Shown: positions 15,938 through 26,110 of the stretch, piece by piece
Position numbering within the stretch: position 1 is the stretch's first letter
Layout of the letters: the number at the start of each line of letters is the position of its first letter
Source of the DNA: Defluviitaleaceae bacterium
GTDB lineage: Bacteria > Bacillota > Clostridia > Lachnospirales > WRAA01
Assembly (NCBI GenBank): GCA_009780445.1
Contig: WRAA01000002.1
Coordinates: 1 to 32,876, forward strand
DNA: 32,876 nucleotides
Direction of reading: 5' to 3'
Notes under the pieces: model-generated
Told to the model about the DNA's origin: nothing
The model's input: only the letters and a program-made list of their open reading frames with translations
Databases searched by the model: none
Position numbers and translations under genes: made by a program

Positions 15938-17212
15938 CTATTCAGTGGCGGCCTCCTGCGGCTCCAGCTTTATGCGCAGGCCGATGATGCGGTTGCGCTC
16001 CATGGTTTCGACGCTGAACTTTAGGCCGTCGGACACGGCAATGTCGCCGGCCTGCGGGATCTTGCCCAGCAAGCCTATCACATAACCGCCGATGGACTCA
16101 AACTCGTCAGACACAAGTTCCACGCCCAGCATCTCGTTCACAAGCTCTATCTTTGTGCTTCCGTCCACAAGGAATTCGCCTTCGGTAACGCTCTGGATGT
16201 CGTCCTGCTCCGATTCATATTCGTCGCCCACATGGCCGATCATCTTCTCGATGATGTCGTCCAGCGTGATGATACCGGAGGTTCCGCCGAATTCGTCCAG
16301 CACCACGGCCATGGAGATACGCTGTGAACGCATGTTGCGGAAGAGTTCGTCAATGGGCTTGGCCTCGAAGGTGAAGTATGGCTTTCGCATGATGCCCGGG
16401 ATGTCGGGGCCGCTTGCCGGGTGGTCGGCGAAGATGAAGTCGCGCAGGTACAGCACGCCCACTATGTTGTCGATGCTGTCGCTGTATACGGGAAGGCGGG
16501 ACAGCTTCTCGCCGTCGAACAGGTGCTTGATCCGGCTGTAGTCCTCGTCAATGGCTATGGCGATGATGTCGGTGCGCGGCGTCATGATCTCCCGCGCGCT
16601 GCCTTCGCGCGTGGCGAACAGGTTCTCGAAGAAACTCTTTTCGTCCGATTTTAACATGCCCTGCTCGTGGCTGATGTTGATGATGGCCTTCAGATCCTGC
16701 TCCGTGATCTCGTCGCGGTTTCCGCCGGGCTTGGTGCCCAGCAAGCGCAGGATAATGCCAGACGTTGTGTTGAAGAATATCAGAAGCGGCGTAAGCACCC
16801 AGCTGAGGATGAGTATGAACCACGCAACACGCAGGGACACGGCCTCCGGGTGGTTCACCGCGAAGTTCTTAGGCGTAACGCCGGCGAAGATCAGATTGAT
16901 CACCGTGAACACAACTGTGGAAAGAGCGATGGCCCACGCGCCGTCTCCGAAGTAGCGTATGGCAAGGGCTGTCGCTATGGAAACGGCCATAAAGTCGGCA
17001 AAGACAACGCCTATCAAGATGGTGCTGAGCATACGCTCCGGGTCTTGAAGCAGCCTGGCCACGGTTGCCGCGCCGCGCACCCCGTCCTCCATCATTATCT
17101 TGAGACGCGGCTTAGAAATCGAGATAAGGGCCGTTTCGCTCATGGAAAACACTGCCGACAAACATATCAACACGAACAGAATCGCAAATTCGAGACTACT
17201 GTGGGATTCCAC
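15938..17212 (-). CDS. CNNM/HlyC-CorC family transporter (DUF21 + CBS pair + CorC_HlyC)
   Basis: The N-terminus FSMSETALISIS (DUF21), a central CBS-pair region and the C-terminal GGYVIGLLGKIPQAGD...F.V..M...RI transporter-associated domain. The GTG start at 17212 has AAGGAG 7 nt upstream. Confidence 0.9.
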   Translation of the reverse strand: MESHSSLEFAILFVLICLSAVFSMSETALISISKPRLKIMMEDGVRGAATVARLLQDPERMLSTILIGVVFADFMAVSIATALAIRYFGDGAWAIALSTVVFTVINLIFAGVTPKNFAVNHPEAVSLRVAWFILILSWVLTPLLIFFNTTSGIILRLLGTKPGGNRDEITEQDLKAIINISHEQGMLKSDEKSFFENLFATREGSAREIMTPRTDIIAIAIDEDYSRIKHLFDGEKLSRLPVYSDSIDNIVGVLYLRDFIFADHPASGPDIPGIMRKPYFTFEAKPIDELFRNMRSQRISMAVVLDEFGGTSGIITLDDIIEKMIGHVGDEYESEQDDIQSVTEGEFLVDGSTKIELVNEMLGVELVSDEFESIGGYVIGLLGKIPQAGDIAVSDGLKFSVETMERNRIIGLRIKLEPQEAATE

Positions 17213-17240
17213 AATACCACTCCTTGTTAATCAATAACCC

Positions 17241-17269
17241 ATTATACACCAGGCCGAACTCAATTGCAA
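17241..17269 (-). promoter_or_regulatory. Sigma-A type promoter for the CNNM gene
   Basis: The minus strand reads TTGCAA (17264-17269), a 17-nt spacer and TATAAT (17241-17246) with an extended TGg. Confidence 0.65.
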
Positions 17270-17280
17270 AGCTTTGGAAC

Positions 17281-17321
17281 AAAAAAACTTAGAACCCGCG
17301 GAGCAGGATCTAAGTTCTAAG
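17281..17321 (-). terminator. Putative terminator after the deacetylase gene and repeat copy B
   Basis: The minus strand has cttagaac...gttctaag (8-bp stem, 18-nt loop) followed by a T7 run. Confidence 0.5.
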
Positions 17322-17334
17322 GACCTGTATTCAA

Positions 17335-17498
17335 TAGACCTCTTTCGAAACTAGCCGACACCATCTTTGCGGCCAGTTTCACACAATGCGTCGTCGATTC
17401 CTACTTGCGAACCGCAAGGGTTCGCGGCGGCGTCAGCTCCTAGCCTTGCGCGAAACTGTTCCGCAAATCCGGTATCGTCTAGTTTCGAAAGAGGTCTA
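17335..17498. repeat. 164-nt palindromic MITE-like element, copy B (inverted relative to copy A)
   Basis: Perfect 20-bp TIRs tagacctctttcgaaactag (17335-17354) and ctagtttcgaaagaggtcta (17479-17498). The central hairpin is gcgaacc-gcaag-ggttcgc (17407-17425). It has the same length and arm order as the reverse complement of copy A. Confidence 0.85.
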
Positions 17499-17626
17499 AT
17501 AATTCAACGCCAATCTGCACCAAGGTGACGTTGAATTATTTAATACAGGTTCTTACAGTTATGGATTAAGCGGGGAGGCGAAACCCCCGGCCTACGCGGC
17601 GGCGTTGTCAAAAATTAGTGGCATAA

Positions 17627-18466
17627 TCAGTTTTGTGACGCTTCGAGACGCCGCAGAATGGTCTTGACCGATTCGCCGGAGGGTCTGTTGGCGCGTTTCA
17701 TCATGAAGAGGCTGTTGCTGTCGCCCTGTGTGACGATGTTCATGCCTTCATAACAAGAGAAGCTGGCCTTGATCCCCAGCTCTTGCAGCACTTCCTGCGA
17801 ACCCTTCGAGATTATGCCCAGCGGATACGTGAAGGCCGTCGGCGCGCTTCCCGTGTGCTTCTTGATGAGAGCGTGGTTCTTTGCGAGATCCGCCTTCAAC
17901 CGCGCCTGATAAGCTTCCAAACTCTCGCCCTTGCGCTTGCCGCTGCCTGTGTGTCCGTGCAGGTCATAGCTGTGGCACTGGATCTCCAGCAGGCCGGACT
18001 TTGAGAGTTCGACAACCTGCTCCCAGCCCATGTGCGGCTTCTTGAGAGAGTCGGAGCCTGAATACTCGTCCGTCTCCGTGCCGATTATCGACAGCACGGC
18101 CTTCATCTTCATGCTCTCGAGCAGCGGGAAGAGGTATAGATGGTCCGAAAAGCGGCCGTCGTCAAATGTCAGGACGATGGGCTTGTCCGGCAGGGGTCGG
18201 CGTTTTTCCACAAAACGCACAAGGTCGTCTATCAGCACGGTGTTGTAGCCGTTGTCCTTGAGAAATTTCAGATCGGCCTCCAGCTCTTCCGGAGTTATTC
18301 CGTGTTTGCCGATGTATTTCGGATTTGTCGTGACAAGGTGGTACATTATAACAGGCACTTCGGCGGTCTTTGGAGCCTTTTCGGGAAACAGCGGCCACGC
18401 GGACACATCCGTCACCATACATACGGCCGCTACCAAGCCTATCGCCAGTTTTAAAACATTACGCAT
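17627..18466 (-). CDS. Polysaccharide deacetylase (NodB homology domain), secreted or membrane-anchored
   Basis: VIMYHLV, the TFDDG motif and a signal-like N-terminus MRNVLKLAIGLVAAVCMV. I prefer the ATG at 18466 (AAAGGA 8 nt upstream). The ORF-track start at 18475 abuts the RBS. Confidence 0.85.
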   Translation of the reverse strand: MRNVLKLAIGLVAAVCMVTDVSAWPLFPEKAPKTAEVPVIMYHLVTTNPKYIGKHGITPEELEADLKFLKDNGYNTVLIDDLVRFVEKRRPLPDKPIVLTFDDGRFSDHLYLFPLLESMKMKAVLSIIGTETDEYSGSDSLKKPHMGWEQVVELSKSGLLEIQCHSYDLHGHTGSGKRKGESLEAYQARLKADLAKNHALIKKHTGSAPTAFTYPLGIISKGSQEVLQELGIKASFSCYEGMNIVTQGDSNSLFMMKRANRPSGESVKTILRRLEASQN

Positions 18467-18554
18467 AACCATCATCCTTTCACTATAAACATTAGGATAT
18501 GCTGTCTGCGCAAAAAATATCGGTGCTTATCTGCGGAAAATATTGATAATACAG

Positions 18555-18583
18555 TTGCAAGATTTACACAATTACACTATACT
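18555..18583 (+). promoter_or_regulatory. Sigma-A type promoter for the DHH phosphoesterase gene
   Basis: TTGCAA (18555-18560), a 17-nt spacer and TATACT (18578-18583). Confidence 0.55.
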
Positions 18584-18630
18584 TAATGGTATGCAGTTCA
18601 CAACAATTTTGAAAGAGAGGACTGAACGAT

Positions 18631-19545
18631 ATGAGGCTTCTGACAAGATCTGATTTTGACGGACTTGCGTGTGGTACTCTGCTTAAAGCTCTTGGGCTGA
18701 TCGACAGCTGGAAGTTTGTACACCCCAAGGACCTTCAAGACGGATTGATTGAAATTACAGATAACGATATCCTGTGCAACGTACCTTACGCGGAAGGCTG
18801 CAAGATGTGGTTCGACCATCACTCCAGCGAAGGCCTGCGTGTCGGCCTTGGCAAGAATGTGGATGGCGACAGCCGCATCGCGCCGTCCTGCGCCAGAGTT
18901 GTGTACGAATATTACGACGGCGACAAGACCTTGAAGAATTTCAGCGAAATGATAGAGTACGTAGACAGGGTGGACTACGGCCGGCTTACCGCGGACGAAA
19001 TACAGAACCCCGAGGGCTGGATCCTGCTGGGCTTCCTGATGGATCCGCGCACGGGCCTTGGCCGCTTCCGCGATTTCAGCATCAGCAACTACGAGCTGAT
19101 GGAGCAGTTGATGGAGGACTGCCGCACCAAGAGCATAGACGAGATCATGGCACTGCCCGACGTGCTGGAGCGCGTAGAGCTTTATCACGAACAGGACAAA
19201 CTGTTCAAGGAAATGCTGCTAAAGTATACGCGCCAAGACGCAAATGTGCTGATAACCGATCTGCGCGGCGTAGACACCATCTACACGGGCAACCGCTTCC
19301 TGATCTACAGCCTCTTTCCCGAGGCCAACATATCGGTCTGGATTGTGGACGGACGCGGCAAGATCAACTGCGCCATTGCCGTCGGCCACAGCATCCTCAA
19401 CCGCACGTCCAAGACGAATGTGGGCAAGCTTATGCTGGAAAACGGCGGCGGCGGACACCCACAGGTGGGAACGTGCCAAGTGCCGTATGACGATGCCGAC
19501 AGGGTTCTGAACAGCCTGGTGGCCACTATGAAGGCCGACGGCTGA
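18631..19545 (+). CDS. DHH/DHHA1-family phosphoesterase (exopolyphosphatase-like)
   Basis: SDFDG (DHH motif I), FDHHSSE (DHH motif III) and GGGGHPQVG (DHHA1 GGGH motif). The substrate cannot be told from the sequence. Confidence 0.7.
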   Translation: MRLLTRSDFDGLACGTLLKALGLIDSWKFVHPKDLQDGLIEITDNDILCNVPYAEGCKMWFDHHSSEGLRVGLGKNVDGDSRIAPSCARVVYEYYDGDKTLKNFSEMIEYVDRVDYGRLTADEIQNPEGWILLGFLMDPRTGLGRFRDFSISNYELMEQLMEDCRTKSIDEIMALPDVLERVELYHEQDKLFKEMLLKYTRQDANVLITDLRGVDTIYTGNRFLIYSLFPEANISVWIVDGRGKINCAIAVGHSILNRTSKTNVGKLMLENGGGGHPQVGTCQVPYDDADRVLNSLVATMKADG

Positions 19546-19547
19546 TA

Positions 19548-19586
19548 ACAAAAAACGCGCATCCCACGTGGACGCGCGTTTTTTGT
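19548..19586. terminator. Bidirectional terminator between the DHH gene and dnaJ
   Basis: Perfect 13-bp arms acaaaaaacgcgc / gcgcgttttttgt around a 13-nt loop, with A/T runs on both sides. Confidence 0.8.
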
Positions 19587-19603
19587 TGTGGTGCGAAAAA
19601 ACC

Positions 19604-20743
19604 TCACTGCTTGAACGAATCCTTCACCTTGTCGAAGAAGCCCTTCTTGCCTTCGCGGATGGCCTGTTCGGAACCCAGCTCTTCTTCGAACTGGCGCAGG
19701 ATCTCCTTCTGGCGTTCCGTAAGGTTCGTTGGTGTCACTACTTTCAGCGTGACAACAAGTTCGCCCACGTTCTTGTTGTTGCGTACATTCGGCACACCCT
19801 TGCCCTTTAGCGGCACCTGTGTGCCGGTCTGCGTACCCGGCCGTACCGTATGTTTCTCTTCGCCGTAGAGCGTCTTGATTGTTATGTCGGAGCCGAGGGC
19901 GGCCTGTGTGAAGGAAATCGGCACGGTCTTGAACAGTGTCTGGCCGTTGCGTTCGTACTCCGTAGAGTCCTGGACATAGATGGTGATGATCAGGTCTCCG
20001 TAGCCGCCGCCGCGCTCTCCCGGCTCTCCCTTGCCCGAAAGGCGCAGGCTCTGGCCGCTGTCGATACCCTGCGGCACAGTCACCTTGAAGGTCTTGTTCT
20101 TGCGCACCTGTCCCTGCCCCTTGCATGTCTGGCACGGCGACTTTATAAACTTGCCGTTGCCGCGGCAGGCGCTGCACGTGCGCACCGATGTCATCGAGCC
20201 GAACATCGTCTGGCTGACGACGCGCTCCTGCCCGCTTCCGCCGCACTGCTTGCAGCTTTCGGCCGTGGTGCCAGGGCTTGCTCCGCCGCCGCCACATGTG
20301 TCGCATGTGTCGCTTACGCTTAGGCGCACTTCCTTCTCTGTGCCGAATACGGCTTCCTCGAACTTGACGTGCAGATTGGTGGCGAGATCCGCTCCGCGTC
20401 TGGGGCCGTTGCGCCTGCGCCCCATGTCGAAGATATCGCCGCCGAACATGCCCTCGAATATGCTGCTGAGGTCCACATCGCCGAACCCGCCGCCATAGCC
20501 GCCTCCCCCGCCCTGCTCGAAGGCCGCGTGGCCCATTCTGTCATAGGCCGCGCGTTTTTGCGCGTCACTAAGCACCGCATAGGCTTCGTTCACTTCCTTG
20601 AACTTGCTCTCTGCGTCCTTATTGTCGGGGTTGGCGTCCGGGTGCCATTTCTTGGCCATCTTGCGGTACGCCTTCTTCAGCTCGTCGTCCGACGCGCCTT
20701 TTGCCGCGCCCAGCACTTCGTAATAATCTCGTTTAGCTGCCAT
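19604..20743 (-). CDS. dnaJ: Molecular chaperone DnaJ
   Basis: J domain (DYYEVLG...HPD), a G/F-rich region and four CxxCxGxG zinc-finger repeats. Confidence 0.97.
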   Translation of the reverse strand: MAAKRDYYEVLGAAKGASDDELKKAYRKMAKKWHPDANPDNKDAESKFKEVNEAYAVLSDAQKRAAYDRMGHAAFEQGGGGGYGGGFGDVDLSSIFEGMFGGDIFDMGRRRNGPRRGADLATNLHVKFEEAVFGTEKEVRLSVSDTCDTCGGGGASPGTTAESCKQCGGSGQERVVSQTMFGSMTSVRTCSACRGNGKFIKSPCQTCKGQGQVRKNKTFKVTVPQGIDSGQSLRLSGKGEPGERGGGYGDLIITIYVQDSTEYERNGQTLFKTVPISFTQAALGSDITIKTLYGEEKHTVRPGTQTGTQVPLKGKGVPNVRNNKNVGELVVTLKVVTPTNLTERQKEILRQFEEELGSEQAIREGKKGFFDKVKDSFKQ

Positions 20744-20764
20744 TTGCTGCCCTTCTTAGATGGA

Positions 20765-22621
<1,857 letters not shown>

Positions 22622-22629
22622 TTATCCTC

Positions 22630-23160
22630 CTAGTTCGCCACTTTTACCATGCTGTGGCGCAGAATTTTGTCCTTGTACTTATAACCCTTTTGCAGCTCCT
22701 CGGTGATTGTGTTCTCGCTGTGGGCAGAATCCTCTGTGTGGGCTACGGCGAAGTGGCGGTTCGGGTCGAACTCTTCGCCCACTGCCGGCACCTCCTCTAC
22801 GCCAAGCTCGCCCAGAGTTTTGAGCAGCTGGCTGTGGATCATGTCCACGCCTTTATACAGAGGGTGGCCTGTGTCCTCCCCCGCGGAATCCAGCGCGCGT
22901 CGCAGATTGTCGATGGCCGGCAGGAACTTTGTCACAGCGTCCACCAGTCCGTCGTCGTACATAACGGCCTTTTCCTTGGCGGTGCGCTTGCGGAAGTTGT
23001 CGAACTCCGCCAGCACGCGCAGATACTTATCCCTCTGCTCCGCAAGTTCGTCAACCGCGGCGGCCTCCGGTTCGTTTAAAACCGCTTCAACCTCCTGTGC
23101 GGTGCCGTCTGCGTCCGCGTCAACTTCGCTGCCCCGCAGAGCTTTTTCTTCGTCTGACAT
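22630..23160 (-). CDS. grpE: Nucleotide exchange factor GrpE
   Basis: YLRVLAEFDNFRKRT... signature, positioned between hrcA and dnaK. Confidence 0.95.
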   Translation of the reverse strand: MSDEEKALRGSEVDADADGTAQEVEAVLNEPEAAAVDELAEQRDKYLRVLAEFDNFRKRTAKEKAVMYDDGLVDAVTKFLPAIDNLRRALDSAGEDTGHPLYKGVDMIHSQLLKTLGELGVEEVPAVGEEFDPNRHFAVAHTEDSAHSENTITEELQKGYKYKDKILRHSMVKVAN

Positions 23161-23193
23161 TTGCTCTATCCTTTCCGTACTGTAATAGATTCG

Positions 23194-24234
23194 CTATCCT
23201 CCGGACAGCTCGCCCAGAGCTTTGTTGATGTTCTTGACCACGCCGCTTAGGATGGTCATGGCCTGGACATAGTTCATACGCGTTGGGCCGATCACGCCGA
23301 TGGAGCCGTAGTTGCGGCCGCCAAAGCGGTAGCCGGCCTTCACCAGCGAACAGTTCTTCATTTCGTCCACGCTGTTTTCCGCGCCGATAAACACCTGTAT
23401 GTCGTCCGACCCATCGCCGCTGTTCAGCAAGGTTATGAGCATGTCGCGTTCTTCCAGCGCGTGGAAGAGCCTGTGCGCCTTATCAACATCGCTGAACTCG
23501 GGGAATGTGAGAATGTTCTTCACGCCGCCGGCGTATACCTGGCGGCCGTCCTCGTTCTCGATCACCGACGTGATCACGGACATCACGCAGGCCGCGGCCG
23601 CGCGGCAGCCTTGCTCCACACTTCCCGCGATATCCTCCAGCACCGCGCCTGAGATATCCTCGGAACACATCCCCTTGACTTTCTCGTTCAGCACGGCCGT
23701 CATCTGCTGCAGCTGCGCGTAGCCCGGCGCGTCCGCCAACGGCACGACATGGTTCTTGACCACGTTGGAGTCCGTCACCAGCACCAGCACCACCGATCGT
23801 TCGTCAACGGGAACAAGCTGCAGGTGCTTGATGGTTGTTCGGCAGAACTTAGGCTCCGACACGATGGTTGTATATGTCGTCAGGGCGGAGATGGCCCGCG
23901 CGATCTCCTTCATGAGGAAGTCCACCTGGTTGATGTTGTTGATGATCATTTGCTGGAGGAAGGCGGCTTCGTCCTGTGTGATCTCGTGCTTGGGCAGTAG
24001 GTTGTCTACGTACATGCGGTAGCCCTTGTCCGACGGAACACGCCCGGCGGAGGCGTGCGGCTGTACGATAAGCCCCATCTCCTCAAGGTCGCTCATTTCG
24101 TTGCGTATGGTTGCGGAGCTTATGCCCATATTGTATTTTTTGGCGATTGTGCGTGAGCCAATAGGCTCGGCGGTGCTGATATAATCGTTGATTATCGCTT
24201 CGAGAATCTTTATCTTGCGCTTGTTTAAGACCAT
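23194..24234 (-). CDS. hrcA: Heat-inducible transcription repressor HrcA
   Basis: The winged-helix N-terminus LNKRKIKILEAIINDYISTAEPIGSRTIAKKY is typical of HrcA. The ATG at 24234 is 6 nt after GGAGGAGGTG. The ORF-track GTG at 24243 overlaps the RBS. Confidence 0.95.
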   Translation of the reverse strand: MVLNKRKIKILEAIINDYISTAEPIGSRTIAKKYNMGISSATIRNEMSDLEEMGLIVQPHASAGRVPSDKGYRMYVDNLLPKHEITQDEAAFLQQMIINNINQVDFLMKEIARAISALTTYTTIVSEPKFCRTTIKHLQLVPVDERSVVLVLVTDSNVVKNHVVPLADAPGYAQLQQMTAVLNEKVKGMCSEDISGAVLEDIAGSVEQGCRAAAACVMSVITSVIENEDGRQVYAGGVKNILTFPEFSDVDKAHRLFHALEERDMLITLLNSGDGSDDIQVFIGAENSVDEMKNCSLVKAGYRFGGRNYGSIGVIGPTRMNYVQAMTILSGVVKNINKALGELSGG

Positions 24235-24252
24235 TGGTATCACCTCCTCCGC

Positions 24253-24900
24253 TTAGGCCGGCATGGCATACATGGCTATCGCCACGGAGTGCATGGCCGA
24301 TGCCGCTATCACAAAGACGTGGAACACGGAGTGCATGTACCTCACGCGCTTGCCCAGCGCGTAGAACAGCACGCCGACGGTATACAGTATGCCGCCGATA
24401 AGCAGCATCACAAAGAACGCAAGCCCCAGCACGCCCACAAGCTGGCCGATGTTGAACATCAGCATCCAGCCCATTCCGAGATAGCAGACCACCGACAGCA
24501 CGATAAACTTGCGCAGGTTCACCACGTTCAGCACGATGCCGGCCAGAGCCAAGGCCCACACCACGCCGAACAGCATCCACGCGTGTTCCGGATATGCTTC
24601 GCGAAAGCGCGTGAGAAGCATCGGCGTGTACGTTCCCGCTATCAGCACGGGTATCGCGCAGTGATCCAGCACGCGAAACACCCGCTTGGGCAGACCCATA
24701 CGAAGCCCGTGGTACAGGCTGGACATCGTAAACAGCAGTATCACCGAAAAACCGTACACCATCCCGCTTACGATACCCCATACGTTCTGATGGTATGCCG
24801 CAATTATCACGCAGGCCAGCAGGGCAACGACACCAAGGCCGCCGCCGACGATGTGGCTTATCATGTTGAAGAGTTCCTCCCCGCGCGTATACGCGGGCAT
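24253..24900 (-). CDS. Hemolysin III / PAQR (TrhA/YplQ) family membrane protein
   Basis: EELFNMISHIVGG, SSLYH and HVFVIAA with 7 TM segments match the family. I prefer the ATG at 24900 (GGAGAAGGAAGGAAG upstream). The alternative is the GTG at 24927. The gene ends 18 nt before the hrcA start. Confidence 0.85.
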   Translation of the reverse strand: MPAYTRGEELFNMISHIVGGGLGVVALLACVIIAAYHQNVWGIVSGMVYGFSVILLFTMSSLYHGLRMGLPKRVFRVLDHCAIPVLIAGTYTPMLLTRFREAYPEHAWMLFGVVWALALAGIVLNVVNLRKFIVLSVVCYLGMGWMLMFNIGQLVGVLGLAFFVMLLIGGILYTVGVLFYALGKRVRYMHSVFHVFVIAASAMHSVAIAMYAMPA

Positions 24901-24969
24901 GTCGTTGCGTCTTCCTTCCTTCTCCACAAATCACCGCCCCCGCGTGGCACTCAAAGCCGCCTGCCATTG

Positions 24970-24996
24970 TTAGCACTCTAACATGGTGAGTGCTAA
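24970..24996. promoter_or_regulatory. CIRCE operator (HrcA binding site)
   Basis: ttagcactc-taacatggt-gagtgctaa is a perfect match to the consensus TTAGCACTC-N9-GAGTGCTAA. It lies directly downstream of the promoter at 25008-25036 on the minus strand. Confidence 0.95.
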
Positions 24997-25007
24997 ACTC
25001 TATTTAT

Positions 25008-25036
25008 AAAATACCACTTGACGCTGGAAATGTCAA
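25008..25036 (-). promoter_or_regulatory. Sigma-A type promoter of the hlyIII-hrcA-grpE-dnaK-dnaJ operon
   Basis: The minus strand reads TTGACA (25031-25036), a 17-nt spacer and TATTTT (25008-25013). CIRCE starts about 5 nt after the predicted TSS. Confidence 0.6.
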
Positions 25037-25093
25037 GCGATTTTTGCAATTTTCATGCCGCGTGGCTTGCGCAGGGCTTGGCCTAAAAATTGC

Positions 25094-25122
25094 TTGACAA
25101 GATAATGATTATCAACTAGAAT
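25094..25122 (+). promoter_or_regulatory. Sigma-A type promoter of the dfx-ftn operon
   Basis: TTGACA (25094-25099), a 17-nt spacer and TAGAAT (25117-25122). Confidence 0.7.
25100..25114. promoter_or_regulatory. Fur-family (Fur/PerR) operator, 7-1-7 inverted repeat
   Basis: aGATAATgATTATCa compared with the 7-1-7 Fur consensus TGATAATnATTATCA shows one mismatch. It fills the spacer of the dfx-ftn promoter. Confidence 0.7.
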
Positions 25123-25161
25123 TAGTTTGTTAACACATATTAACCTGGGAGGTACATATTA

Positions 25162-25530
25162 ATGGCTAAATTCCATCTCTGCGAAGTATGCGGCAACCTT
25201 ACAGAACTTGTAAAGGACAACGGCGGCCCGCTTAACTGCTGCGGCAAGCCCATGAAGTTTCTCACACCCAACACCGTGGAAGCAAGCCACGAGAAGCACA
25301 TCCCCGTGGTGACAAAGACTGAAAACGGCGTAAAGGTTGCCGTTGGCAGTGTGCTGCACCCAATGGGCGAGGATCACTTCATCGACTTTATCGTGGTGAA
25401 GTCCGCGAAGTGCTGCCACAGAGTTATGCTGGACATCAACGGCGCGCCGGAGGCGGAGTTCTGCTGTCTCGGCGAAGGCCCGATAGAAGTGTACGCTTAC
25501 TGCAACCTCCACGGCATGTGGAAGGCGTAA
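25162..25530 (+). CDS. dfx: Desulfoferrodoxin (2Fe superoxide reductase)
   Basis: The N-terminal desulforedoxin-like CEVCGN...CCGKPM and the centre II ligand pattern EKHIPV, HPMGEDHFI, CNLHG. Confidence 0.9.
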   Translation: MAKFHLCEVCGNLTELVKDNGGPLNCCGKPMKFLTPNTVEASHEKHIPVVTKTENGVKVAVGSVLHPMGEDHFIDFIVVKSAKCCHRVMLDINGAPEAEFCCLGEGPIEVYAYCNLHGMWKA

Positions 25531-25545
25531 GTTTCGGAGGAAACC

Positions 25546-26058
25546 ATGCTAAGTAATAAGTTGTTGGACGCTTTGAGCAACCAGGTGAACGCCGAGTACT
25601 ACTCGGCCTATCTCTACTTGGTTATGTCTGCGGCGGCGGACGAAATGGGTTTGAAGGGCTGTTCGAACTGGCTCTTCTGCCAAGCGCAGGAAGAAATGGC
25701 GCACGGAACGCACATTTACAAATATATACTGGAACGCGGAGCCGCGCCAACCTTCGCGGCGATAGACCTGCCGCCAACATCCTTCGAGGATATCCACAAG
25801 GTGTTCGCAATGGTGCTGGAACACGAGCAGAAGGTCTCAAAGATGTGCAACAGCCTGGCAAGCCTGGCCATGCAGGAATCGGACCACGCGGGCTACCAGT
25901 TTATGATGTGGTTCGTAAACGAACAGGTGGAGGAAGAGGCAAGCGCGACGGAGATTCTGAACAAGCTGAAGCTGATCGGCGACGACAGCGGGATGCTGCT
26001 GACTCTCGACAACGAGCTTGCCGCAAGAATGTTCCAAGACCCGTTCCCCGCTGAATAA
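25546..26058 (+). CDS. ftn: Non-haem ferritin
   Basis: LNxQVNAEYYSAYLYL, QEEMAHG and LEHEQ ferroxidase-centre residues, 170 aa. A GGAGGA RBS is present. Confidence 0.9.
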   Translation: MLSNKLLDALSNQVNAEYYSAYLYLVMSAAADEMGLKGCSNWLFCQAQEEMAHGTHIYKYILERGAAPTFAAIDLPPTSFEDIHKVFAMVLEHEQKVSKMCNSLASLAMQESDHAGYQFMMWFVNEQVEEEASATEILNKLKLIGDDSGMLLTLDNELAARMFQDPFPAE

Positions 26059-26064
26059 CAGATT

Positions 26065-26110
26065 CGCCGCCCACAAACTCCGGTTTACGGATTTGCGGGC
26101 GGCGTTTTTT
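26065..26110. terminator. Terminator shared by ftn (+) and mfd (-)
   Basis: cgccgcccacaaa (26065-26077) / tttgcgggcggcg (26092-26104) with one mismatch, followed by a T6 run that overlaps the mfd stop. Confidence 0.75.

Noticed and set aside
17560-17626. The hairpin cgggg-aggcgaaac-ccccg just after the deacetylase stop, as a terminator
   Set aside because: It is a short 5-bp stem with no T run on either strand. The more convincing terminator is at 17281-17321, beyond repeat copy B.
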